A stretch of 63,014 bases of DNA, filler included. It is 4 parts of 4 records of this genome, joined end to end, with 100 filler letters (N's around TTAATTAATTAA, not from the genome) between each part and the next. Parts side by side here need not be neighbours in the genome. Positions count along the whole stretch, not along the records: positions 19,500 to 41,111 come from SRR20825006_192; 3 more parts are not named here. One strand, written 5' to 3'. A program made the translations under genes and the position numbers. How positions within the stretch are numbered: position 1 is the first letter of the stretch; each line of letters starts with the position of its first letter. Shown here piece after piece: positions 29,701 to 37,957 of the stretch. The notes beneath the pieces were generated by a model. It was not told where the DNA came from. It ran no database searches and saw only the letters and a program-made list of their open reading frames with translations.

Positions 29701-31637
29701 AGATTGGTAACAATGTCAATCAACAATTCTAAATCTGCAGCGATTTGATTGACTTCCTCTTCTAGCTTTTTTGCTTCAATTACTTTCTTGACGCCTTCAA
29801 GTTGATGATTCTTCTCAGCTACTTGATCGTGATACGGTTGTAATGCTTTATCATCAAGTAAAAACTGAACACAGCGCCTTGATATTTTTTGCGTTTGCTC
29901 ACCTATTTCAGCTTCTAACTCGTTTAGAAAATCAAGATTTACATAACGCACTTCGCGAAGGCTAATCACCTTCCCTCGCAGACTGCGCAACTGGGTTAGA
30001 AGAATGACAAAATCATTTATCGATTTAAAAGACGAACTCTTGATCTTAGAGAATATTTGCTCTGCTTCCTCGCGTAACGCTTTAGTTTGAGCTGCGGCGT
30101 GACGACGTAATTCTGTTACTTTTTCAAACTCATCGATCGCAGCATTAGCTGCTTTATTGATTTCGCCAAGCGGAAGATCTAAGCGTTCAGTTTCCTCTTC
30201 GGCTAACCAGTAATACGAATCCTGAATATCTTTAGCCGACTTTGCAATATCAGCGTAAAGTCCGTCATAGTTATCCTCTTTGTTAAGCAGTGTAATCAAG
30301 GCTTGCGACTCTGCCATCGCTTTTACAATGTCCTTGTTTCCTATTTTATACAGCATCGATTCGGTATGCTGTGAAGGCATAAAATCTCCTTTCAAAAATG
30401 GAGTTTGCCAGATTTGAACCACGTGATGTTTAGTCTGATTATCTTCAGCGGTAAAATAGCAAAGCTCGCCATTCTCAAGAATCGTAAAACCGCTACAAAT
30501 GATGGGTGTTTTGATTTCTTGACTAATGATGTTGTACGACATCAATTTATAGAGACCGGCTTTTGCCTCATAAAAAACGTACATAAAATCTTCTCCATTA
30601 GGAGAGACGATCTTTTGCTGAAATTTTAAATCGAGATGCCCGTCATCAAAAATTTTGTATTCTCCGGTCTGCAAGTAATATCCATTAGGAAAAATGATTC
30701 CCTGATCATCGGGAAGTAAAACTGCCGCAACACCTATACTTTGAATCTTATGAACCTGCTTAATTTTATGGTTGTAAACAAAATAGCGCGAAGCTTCTTG
30801 AAAGGGTTTTATATCAAGCACGATCAGGTTGCCCAAATCTGCAAAGCGATATTGCCCATCATCCAGTGTCTGATCAAAATGTGCTACAGGTTCAGAAAAA
30901 ATACCTTTTCCGTCCTCGGTATTATCTTCAATCTTAATAGTAAGATCACCACCTATGGTCTCTACAAATACTCTGTCTAAAATAGAAACGTGAGAATGCA
31001 CACCATAACGATGCATGTCGCGACTCACCTCTTGCCACTTAAACTCATGCTGCGGCGGAAAACGGTATTCGTGATCGCTGCGATTATCAACATATTCAAG
31101 CGCATTTTCATTAATAAGCCACTTGAATGTCTTAATATCAGTTACACTTTCACTCAGCTGAAAAACCATATGCAGGTAATTACCTATGATCGCAAAGCGT
31201 GCAAAAATGGTATTTCGGTAATATTTATAAAGGTTTGAAAAGTCTGTTTGAAAAGTTGAATCATCAAGCAAGTCTAAAGTGACCGGCTCAAACCTATTTT
31301 CTGTAAACTGATAAATACTAAAAACATCTGAAAGAACAATTTCGGTACGCAAACCAAAATGAACGTTATAACCAAAAATACAGGTATTTCCCAGCGAAAC
31401 AATATCTCTGGCAATGCAGTTGTTCTCGGTACTGATGCGGTCATTAGCAATAAGCTTTGTCTCTAATGAACCAAAGACTGTCTTACGCGCTTCGTTTAAA
31501 GATGTTAACTTATCCTGCAGCTCTTGCTTTTGCTTTTGAAGTCTTCCACGAATGATAGCATATGTGCCGCCATCCAGCGTTTCTTGCACAGGATTTTCTT
31601 CAGGATTATTTATAGTGGTTTGTGACGTTTTTGCCAT
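26739..31637 (-). CDS. Large AAA+ ATPase (DUF3686/'DNA repair ATPase'-type): beta-rich N-terminus, coiled coil, C-terminal AAA+ domain
   Basis: Walker A SPPGYGKTT, Walker B MLYLDD, sensor-1 AGNP, Arg finger LANRAD; N-terminal GGTYAIIRGRL. Confidence 0.85.
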   Translation of the reverse strand: MAKTSQTTINNPEENPVQETLDGGTYAIIRGRLQKQKQELQDKLTSLNEARKTVFGSLETKLIANDRISTENNCIARDIVSLGNTCIFGYNVHFGLRTEIVLSDVFSIYQFTENRFEPVTLDLLDDSTFQTDFSNLYKYYRNTIFARFAIIGNYLHMVFQLSESVTDIKTFKWLINENALEYVDNRSDHEYRFPPQHEFKWQEVSRDMHRYGVHSHVSILDRVFVETIGGDLTIKIEDNTEDGKGIFSEPVAHFDQTLDDGQYRFADLGNLIVLDIKPFQEASRYFVYNHKIKQVHKIQSIGVAAVLLPDDQGIIFPNGYYLQTGEYKIFDDGHLDLKFQQKIVSPNGEDFMYVFYEAKAGLYKLMSYNIISQEIKTPIICSGFTILENGELCYFTAEDNQTKHHVVQIWQTPFLKGDFMPSQHTESMLYKIGNKDIVKAMAESQALITLLNKEDNYDGLYADIAKSAKDIQDSYYWLAEEETERLDLPLGEINKAANAAIDEFEKVTELRRHAAAQTKALREEAEQIFSKIKSSSFKSINDFVILLTQLRSLRGKVISLREVRYVNLDFLNELEAEIGEQTQKISRRCVQFLLDDKALQPYHDQVAEKNHQLEGVKKVIEAKKLEEEVNQIAADLELLIDIVTNLDIEDTAHATKIVDNISLIFATINQLKAALKNKKKALGSAEAQADFSAQLKLIDQSIINYIDIASTPEKCDEFQNKISIQLEELEGKFADFEDFISVILEKREEVYAAFEARKNALVEKRNKRALSLQNASERILKGIAKRAQSLGSADEINGYFASDLMINKLRDIIGQLNELEDSGKAEELETALKVAREDALRKLKDKLDLYEDGENIIRFGNHKFGVNRQPLDLTIVLKDGELSYHLTGTDFYQKLDDPILLNSRQIWNQEFVSENDIVYRSAYLAYKIYKSAPVDTLHEATDDKLLKLVQEHSSSNYSEGYVKGVHDSDAAKILRVLVQKHVDLGLLRFSPQVRSYAQFFWKSLASEEQNLLNQKLKASGEILQYFPEETTSNFVVDALAKRIETFSVQNELLEIQDPITTANYLFAELQNDDSFTRSTIAIEIQESFLTDLRERQADIKYKTSLEAQADYESRIALVRQWVKAFLKSEKTQFALNYLDEAVCLLLFDDESVSKVNTIQASEKITDLKGDHSSISEGVYDLNFHSFTQTLEHYFAEAVPAFEAFRKAKHKVTEDLKEELKLEEFKPKVLTSFVRNKLIDQVYFPLFGDNLAKQLGTVGDKSRTDRMGLLLLISPPGYGKTTLMEYIANRLGLVFMKINGPAIGHEVTSVDPSAATNSASREELKKLNLAFEMGNNVMLYLDDIQHCNPEFLQKFISLSDGTRRVEGVYKEKPKTYDLRGKKFCVIMAGNPYTESGAKFQIPDMLANRADIYNLGDIIGDTEDLFKLSLIENALTANPILQQLSSKNFDDVYTLLQRLETGNDELQLKGNHSSRELEEYTLILKKVLKIRNTVLKVNAAYIKSAAMDDAYRTEPAFKLQGSYRDMNKLVAKVVPVMNENELQTMLLSHYESESQTLTAAAEANLLKYKELIGNLQNEDARRWETIKETFVKNNKLKGFGDANEMAQLLGQLMQFSDNLEGIKNVLQQGFLRKN

Positions 31638-31740
31638 GGAGTTTTCGTCTAAAAAATAAAACGAGTGAATTCGGTTTCAATTCAAAAGTGAATCAAATGA
31701 AGTACGCTTAACTTCCAAATTGGAAATCTAGCAATCTTTA

Positions 31741-31774
31741 AATACACACGCTCGAGTCAAAGAGCGTGTGCATT
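31741..31774 (-). terminator. Intra-operon stem-loop between the flotillin and ATPase genes
   Basis: CACACGCTC/GAGCGTGTG stem, extendable with a G-U pair; weak U-tract. Confidence 0.5.
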
Positions 31775-31791
31775 TTAAATTTATTGAAGTC

Positions 31792-33858
31792 TTACTTCAA
31801 CTTCTTGTTGTCTAATCCTAGACCTTTCGCCAAGTTGAATAGATTACTGAACAAGGTCTGCTCTTCAGAATCGTGAGAACGTTCTTTAAGATGCATCAGC
31901 AAGTTCGCTATGGTCAAGTTTTTAATGTCCTCGGAAGAAACACCATACTTGTCTGCAAATTCTTTTACTTTTTCAAGCAAATTTCCTTTGACATCATCGC
32001 TACCCAGAATTGCATTTTTTACATCCTGAATATTACTACTATTCTCTACTAAACGATCGTATCCTTTAGCTTTTGTGATCTGACCAATGATCTGATCGAA
32101 GAACATCGTCTCGCCACCAACAATATCAATTTTAGCAGCTTTAAGAGCATCTCCTATCACCTGAGCCTGAGCATCGGCAATATCTTTTTGAATGTTAATA
32201 TGCGCTAAATCAACTTGCAATTCTTTATCCAGACGTAGTTTGAACTCTTCGTGTTCTTTACCTACACCGTCTAGTTTCTTCATTGCATTTGCTTTTTCTT
32301 CGATACCGGCTGCATCTGCCATCGCTTTTTCTTTGATCACTGCAGCTTCGGCAAGACCGTCTTTGCGCTTCGCTTCCGCTTTAGCTTCCATACCGGCAGC
32401 TTCCGCCTTCATTTTCTTCTCAATGATTGAAGCTTCAACAACTCCCTGACGCTCATTGGCATCTGCCTTGGCGTGCATTACTTGCGCTTCAGACATACCC
32501 ACAGTTGCTTCTTCTTTTGCTTGCGCTTCTGCAAGAATCTTACGAGCCTGTGCTTCTTTCTCAGAAGCTTCTTTATGCGCAAGTGCCTCGATATTGATTT
32601 CTTCCGCTTTTTGCTTAGCCGCTTCTTTTTGAGCTTCTGCAGCTTTTATCGTCTTAATAAGATCTTCTTGAGCACTAGCTTCTGCGATGGTGATTTTCAC
32701 CTGTTTCTCACGATCTGCAGTTTTAAAAGCCTGAATATCCTTCATACTCTCCTGCTCTTCAACCACGCCTTTTTCTAGCATTACGCGATCACGAATCACA
32801 TCTTGAATATTCTTCTTCTCCACTTCAACAACCTTCTCTTTCTCAATCTGAGCCAAGGTTACTACGCGCTCTCTTTCGGTAGCTTCGAGTAGACGATCTT
32901 TTTCAACGCGCTCAGTTTCTACAGCATCGGTACGTTGCTTGTTTTTAGCAGCGACAATGATCTGGCGCTCCATATTTTCTTCGGCAACTTTTACCTTTTC
33001 CTGCGTCGCAATACGTGCAGTTTCTGACTTGAGACGTTCTTCTTCTGCAACTTTCATCGTTTCAGCCTCTTCGCGCGCTTTGATATTTGCAATTTCACGT
33101 TTTTGCTGCTCTTCTTTTTCAGCCAATTGCTTATCAAGCTCTAAGATCGCTTCACGCGCTTCTACGTCCTGCTTTCGGATGGTTTTTTCCTCATCGCGTT
33201 TGATCAGGTTTGCTTTTACATTTTGAACCGCAGTTAACTCAGTGATTTTCTTGATCCCTTCAGCATCGAGAATATTGTCTGGTTTAAGGTGAGTAACCGG
33301 TGTTTGCTCTAAAAAGTCAATGGCGCAATCTTCTAAGGTATATCCGTTAAGATCTGTACCAATGATATCTACAATCTCATCACGAAATTCCCGTCGTGCC
33401 TCATACAGTTCTATAAACTGAAATTTCTTACCTACGGTTTTCAATGCTTCAGAAAACTTGGCTTCAAAAAGATCTTCAAGGGTTTCTATACGAGAAGCAC
33501 GGGCTACACCAATGGTCTGCGCTACTTTTTTGATGTATGAAATGTCGTTATTTACTCTAACGAAGAACGCCACTTTAATGTCGGCCCGCATATTATCTTT
33601 ACAGATAAGCCCTTCTACGCCCAATCTTTCGATCTGGATTTTCTTTACGGAAACATCCATAATTTCCACTCTGTGAAAAACCGGAACAACATAAAGTCCT
33701 TTATCTGTAGCCACTTTAGTACCTCCAAAACCGGTACGGATAAGTGCCTGTCCTTGATGGACTTTTTTGTAAAACATCGCGATAATCGCGAAATAAACGA
33801 TGATTAAGAACAAAAGCACTCCTAATCCAATTCCAATAATTGGTAAAACTTGATTCAT
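31792..33858 (-). CDS. Flotillin/SPFH (YqiK-like) protein
   Basis: N-terminal TM helix, SPFH domain (ALIRTG, GLICKDNMRAD), long Ala/Glu/Lys coiled coil with EA repeats. Confidence 0.9.
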   Translation of the reverse strand: MNQVLPIIGIGLGVLLFLIIVYFAIIAMFYKKVHQGQALIRTGFGGTKVATDKGLYVVPVFHRVEIMDVSVKKIQIERLGVEGLICKDNMRADIKVAFFVRVNNDISYIKKVAQTIGVARASRIETLEDLFEAKFSEALKTVGKKFQFIELYEARREFRDEIVDIIGTDLNGYTLEDCAIDFLEQTPVTHLKPDNILDAEGIKKITELTAVQNVKANLIKRDEEKTIRKQDVEAREAILELDKQLAEKEEQQKREIANIKAREEAETMKVAEEERLKSETARIATQEKVKVAEENMERQIIVAAKNKQRTDAVETERVEKDRLLEATERERVVTLAQIEKEKVVEVEKKNIQDVIRDRVMLEKGVVEEQESMKDIQAFKTADREKQVKITIAEASAQEDLIKTIKAAEAQKEAAKQKAEEINIEALAHKEASEKEAQARKILAEAQAKEEATVGMSEAQVMHAKADANERQGVVEASIIEKKMKAEAAGMEAKAEAKRKDGLAEAAVIKEKAMADAAGIEEKANAMKKLDGVGKEHEEFKLRLDKELQVDLAHINIQKDIADAQAQVIGDALKAAKIDIVGGETMFFDQIIGQITKAKGYDRLVENSSNIQDVKNAILGSDDVKGNLLEKVKEFADKYGVSSEDIKNLTIANLLMHLKERSHDSEEQTLFSNLFNLAKGLGLDNKKLK

Positions 33859-33874
33859 TTTTTGATTGATTTAT

Positions 33875-34594
33875 TTAGTCGTTATAATTCTGTACGAGGT
33901 AAAAATTCTGATCTTCAGAATGTTTAATAATTAATACGGTGCTGCCGTAAGTCAAGGGCTCTCCTGTAAGGGATTTCACATAAATGGACATAGAATTGCC
34001 GTCTGCAAGCACTTCGGCATTGCCCATTTTTTCACCGCTAATACTAGAAAGTAAAGTTGCTTTACGTCCCAAATAGTCCACAGCCACGTCACCGTCTTTA
34101 TTAAGATGTCTGAAAAAACCTTTAAATGGTGTCGTGAATAATTTGTTGACTATTAACGCCGGAAAAAACGCAATTAACATTATCGCAAAGCCAAAAACCG
34201 AATCGTAGGTCATTGTAAGGGCCGTTGTTAATGTCGTCATCAACCACCAGATAAATATCCAGCAGGTGAACGTAAACATAAACGGAAGCCCAACGAAATT
34301 GAAATAGATCAGAAAAATCTGCCAACCTTTAAGCGGCTTACGGCGTTTGCCTACAACATTTTCTTTAGTCACCTCAACATTTGAGACATCTTCAAAATCC
34401 ATATTGCCGCCTTCTAAACCGGTATCAAGATCTACATCGGCGTCGACATCTACATCGACATCTACGTCAATATCTAAGTCAAAGTCGATCCCGCCGATCA
34501 TCGTAACGATCCAATACAGGATTAAGATAATAAGCAAAATAGACAGTACAATATTGACTTCTGAAAAGAGTACTTCTGTTAAGGTTGCATTCAA
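33875..34594 (-). CDS. YqiJ/NfeD-like membrane protein with C-terminal OB fold
   Basis: TM helix, acidic Asp-alternating linker, two more TM helices, beta-rich C-terminus; immediately upstream of flotillin; TTG start. Confidence 0.75.
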   Translation of the reverse strand: MNATLTEVLFSEVNIVLSILLIILILYWIVTMIGGIDFDLDIDVDVDVDVDADVDLDTGLEGGNMDFEDVSNVEVTKENVVGKRRKPLKGWQIFLIYFNFVGLPFMFTFTCWIFIWWLMTTLTTALTMTYDSVFGFAIMLIAFFPALIVNKLFTTPFKGFFRHLNKDGDVAVDYLGRKATLLSSISGEKMGNAEVLADGNSMSIYVKSLTGEPLTYGSTVLIIKHSEDQNFYLVQNYND

Positions 34595-34596
34595 TG

Positions 34597-35316
34597 TTAT
34601 CCCTGGTTTTTAGAGTCATCAAGACCCAATTGTGATTTCAATTTTTCTAGTTCATTATCAGCTTTAGCCGTAGTCGTATCAGCGGCCTTATCCAGCTCAT
34701 CATCAATAGATTTTGAAGCATCTGCAATATCCCCATAAGCTTCGGCCAGCGCTTCTTCCTGAGCTACTTTATCTTTCATACGCTCTAGCATAGAAACAGT
34801 TCCTGTACTGTCTAATTCTGCCATTTGCTTATTTAAATTCTTTGTAGCGTTACTTACTTTTACGCGTGCTTTAAGCGTTTTAAGTTCGTTTTCCCATTTG
34901 CTGATATTCGATTTTATATTTTGAATATTCTTTTGCAACTGTGCTACATTTCCGTCAAACTTTTCAGATTCAGCCTTGGCTTGATCAACTTGTTTTTGCG
35001 CCTCTTCCTTTTTCATTAATGCTTCCTTTGCAAGGCGATCTGCTTCAGCTGCATCCATTTGCTTGTTATGCGCTTTTTTAAGAATCACGATTGCTTTGCT
35101 CTGATAATCTTCAGCCTTATCTTGAAATTGTTCCTGATCATTTTTTGCTCTGATTGCAAGTGCTTTTACTTGCGCCAGCGCCTCAAGACTTTTATCTAGA
35201 TCTTTCTTCATATCGCGAATTCCCTGCTCAGTTAATTTGATCGGGTCTTCCATATTATCGATTGCGGAGTTGGCTTCTGCTTCCCCTATTTTGAATAAGC
35301 GTTTAAATATGTTCAT
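34597..35316 (-). CDS. pspA: PspA/IM30 family protein
   Basis: N-terminal amphipathic MNIFKRLFKI, EDP motif, long coiled coils, LKAR, ERMKDKV...EALAEA and terminal ELEKLK. Confidence 0.92.
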   Translation of the reverse strand: MNIFKRLFKIGEAEANSAIDNMEDPIKLTEQGIRDMKKDLDKSLEALAQVKALAIRAKNDQEQFQDKAEDYQSKAIVILKKAHNKQMDAAEADRLAKEALMKKEEAQKQVDQAKAESEKFDGNVAQLQKNIQNIKSNISKWENELKTLKARVKVSNATKNLNKQMAELDSTGTVSMLERMKDKVAQEEALAEAYGDIADASKSIDDELDKAADTTTAKADNELEKLKSQLGLDDSKNQG

Positions 35317-35328
35317 GATTTCTAAAGT

Positions 35329-35724
35329 TTAATATTTTGAAAATTCTATTATTTTATCTGAATATTCACTCATCAATAAACTGAGTGAATTAAGGGAGCC
35401 TTCGAGTTCGTTTAAGTCCATATTCTCGATTTGAAGCGTATCTCTAAAGATTACTTTATCACCACTTTCATTTAAAACAAAAGCGCCGTGAATGATATCT
35501 CTATTCTTTTGCAACAGGCTTTTTAGGACTTTATCTGAGTGATTATTTATTTTGAAAATAAATTGCTCCAGAATGAGAATGGGTGGAGCAACTCCCAAAA
35601 TCAGGTTTTTAATTCCTGAATTTTCTTTCTGAACTACAAGTATTCCATCTTCAGGATTTTGAAAACTGATATTGAAGTCCAGTTCGAGTAAATAATCTTT
35701 GGTTATATGAAAATGATCTTTCAT
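35329..35724 (-). CDS. YbjN/CesT-like chaperone-fold protein
   Basis: LLQKNRDIIHGAFVL...VIFRDTLQIENMDLNE pattern; 131 aa; precedes pspA. Confidence 0.75.
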   Translation of the reverse strand: MKDHFHITKDYLLELDFNISFQNPEDGILVVQKENSGIKNLILGVAPPILILEQFIFKINNHSDKVLKSLLQKNRDIIHGAFVLNESGDKVIFRDTLQIENMDLNELEGSLNSLSLLMSEYSDKIIEFSKY

Positions 35725-35894
35725 CTCTTTGGTTACAAGTTGTTAAGAATTTCTAAAAGTTAATAATACGAAAACTAGTTTTTAATTGTTCATATTAAGC
35801 TAATTATTATTGTTAACAATGAATGAATTAATACTACCATAATGTTCGATTTTTTTGATTAGAGATTTTTGATTGTCTGCAAAATTGAAATGAA

Positions 35895-35984
35895 TACTAA
35901 AAAGAATAGCAGACATTATATTTTTTTGCTAATATTGTTAGGTAAATATAGTGATTATTTTATTTTTTGCAAATATTATTAGCA
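35895..35984. promoter_or_regulatory. Cluster of TGCTAA-N5-TTAGCA-like operator sites
   Basis: TACTAAaaagaATAGCA at 35895-35911, TGCTAAtattgTTAGGT at 35927-35943 and TGCAAAtattaTTAGCA at 35968-35984; perfect copy at 36141-36157. Confidence 0.6.
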
Positions 35985-35988
35985 ATAT

Positions 35989-36744
35989 ATGTCATTTTTC
36001 GGAAAAAACATTAGAAAGATTCGTAGCGTAAAAACGCTAAGTCAGCAGGCTTTTGCAGAGCTATTTAACTTAAAAAGAGGCACTTTAGGCGCATATGAAG
36101 AAGGAAGAAGTGAACCAAAGATCGAAACTATAATCAAGATTGCTAATTATTTTAGCATACCTATAGATGATCTGTTAACACGGGACCTTACCGTCAATGA
36201 ATTGCTGAAGTTTAAAAGTTCGTTATCAGAAATGCACGAGTTATCCCATCCGGAAAGCCTTGTTCAAATACCTTGTATTACAGAAAAAAATAAGGACGAG
36301 TATCTCGATAATTATAAGAACAAAAAATTCTTAGAAGAAATGATTCAGGTTACTTTACCCATAGAAAGCACCGAAACTATGCGCGCTTTTGCGGTAACTA
36401 ACCTAGAAATGACCAATCAAAACCAGGGCTTCTTTCCTAAAGACATAGTTTTTGGAACCTTAGTAAAAAAAGACCATTACAAAAATATCGAAGACGGCAC
36501 TGTTGTATTAGTACATACAAAAAGTCAACTCATATTGCGTAAAGCCTATTTATTGGATAGCACACTTGTTTTGAAGGCAGAACATCAAAACATTGACGAC
36601 TTGACCTTTGCTCTTTCTGAAATACTAGAACTATGGCAAATTATGTCAGTATATCAAAGACGGATTACCCCTATTAATTCCGGTATTGAAGACAAACTGA
36701 CTATGCTCGAAAAAGAATTTGCCAAATTAAGAAGTCAAATATAA
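35989..36744 (+). CDS. XRE-family HTH regulator with degenerate S24/LexA-like C-terminal domain
   Basis: LSQQAFAE...GAYEEGRSEPK HTH; divergent from the pspA operon. Confidence 0.88.
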   Translation: MSFFGKNIRKIRSVKTLSQQAFAELFNLKRGTLGAYEEGRSEPKIETIIKIANYFSIPIDDLLTRDLTVNELLKFKSSLSEMHELSHPESLVQIPCITEKNKDEYLDNYKNKKFLEEMIQVTLPIESTETMRAFAVTNLEMTNQNQGFFPKDIVFGTLVKKDHYKNIEDGTVVLVHTKSQLILRKAYLLDSTLVLKAEHQNIDDLTFALSEILELWQIMSVYQRRITPINSGIEDKLTMLEKEFAKLRSQI

Positions 36745-36760
36745 AAGGACGTAAGCTAGT

Positions 36761-37726
36761 TTACTCGGCAACCTCAAGTTCTAGTTTACGCTGTTTTTGT
36801 TGCTGTACGCGTTCTTCTTTTAATTTTTGACGCATTTGTTTGATGGTCAGCGTGCTTCCGTCGTGGCTCCATCCCGGTGGCCCAAAGGCATACATAAACT
36901 TATGTTTCAGCTTTGGTGAGCGCTTTATATCCTTCCAAATATCCTTGTACTCGTGGGTTAATATAACTAAAGGATTGTAGCTGTCTGGCGATTTTGTCAC
37001 TCCATATTCAATCTCTATTTCCTCATCGAGTTCTTTAAATGTACCAAACATTCGATCGAAAATATTCAAGAATCCACCGTGATTTTTGTCCATATATTCC
37101 AAATTTCGGGCGTGATGCACTTGGTGCATCGTGTGAGTATTGAAGATCTTATCAATAATACCCAGCTTCGGCACATATTGTGAATGCAGCTGAAATTGCC
37201 ATAAAGCTTCGATACCCAGACAGACCACGAGCATTTCTGGCGGAAAGCCTATAGCGACGATCCAAACATAGAATAATGGTTTGTAAAAAATAGTAAACCA
37301 GCCGTTTCGTACCGCGGTACCTAAATTAAAATTCTCTGAAGAATGATGCACAATATGGGCAGCCCAAAAAAAGCGAACCATATGGTTTTGTCGATGAAAC
37401 CAGTAATATGAAAAGTCATCGGCCAGTTGACAAAGAATCCAGACGTACCAGGCATAGCCGAAGGATTCCCATCCAAAAATATTGGTGCGTACATCATCAA
37501 CCACCGGATTAAAAATATCGTAAACCCAATTGAACAAAAGAATGACCGTAACGGTCTTGATCAACGGGGCTATTAAAGTAGAGCCAATTCCCATCGTAAG
37601 GCTTGCTCCTAAATCCTTCCAGTGATAGAGTTCATCGTTATCGTGATGCTTGCTGTAAGTAAGCTCCACGAGGATCAGGCCTAGAAAACATGGTACTCCG
37701 TAAATCAACGGGTTTGTAAAATCCAT
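36761..37726 (-). CDS. Sterol desaturase/fatty-acid hydroxylase family protein (alkylglycerol monooxygenase-like)
   Basis: His boxes HRQNH, HIVHH and HQVHH. Confidence 0.9.
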   Translation of the reverse strand: MDFTNPLIYGVPCFLGLILVELTYSKHHDNDELYHWKDLGASLTMGIGSTLIAPLIKTVTVILLFNWVYDIFNPVVDDVRTNIFGWESFGYAWYVWILCQLADDFSYYWFHRQNHMVRFFWAAHIVHHSSENFNLGTAVRNGWFTIFYKPLFYVWIVAIGFPPEMLVVCLGIEALWQFQLHSQYVPKLGIIDKIFNTHTMHQVHHARNLEYMDKNHGGFLNIFDRMFGTFKELDEEIEIEYGVTKSPDSYNPLVILTHEYKDIWKDIKRSPKLKHKFMYAFGPPGWSHDGSTLTIKQMRQKLKEERVQQQKQRKLELEVAE

Positions 37727-37957
37727 AAAGTTGGTTTACTCGATAATCGAGATTTATATTTTTGAAACGATTTCCATCGGAAATTCTAGAAATACTTTAG
37801 GAATTTCTGATGCAACACCTATTAAAATCAGGCGTTTGTTCCAAAAATAACCTTTAGAAGATACAAACCAAGAGAAATAAGGTTAAACCCCGAAAAATTG
37901 CGATAAATCGCCCAATTTGATCAGAAATTCACCGAAAACGAACTATTCTGAGCAGAT

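Noticed and set aside
32280-33180. Repetitive sequence in the flotillin gene as a CRISPR-like or tandem array
   Set aside because: Reflects low-complexity Ala/Glu/Lys coiled-coil codons; no fixed repeat-spacer periodicity
25565-36744. pspA locus as a mobile element integrated at rlmH
   Set aside because: No integrase, recombinase or transposase, and no flanking direct repeats were found by eye
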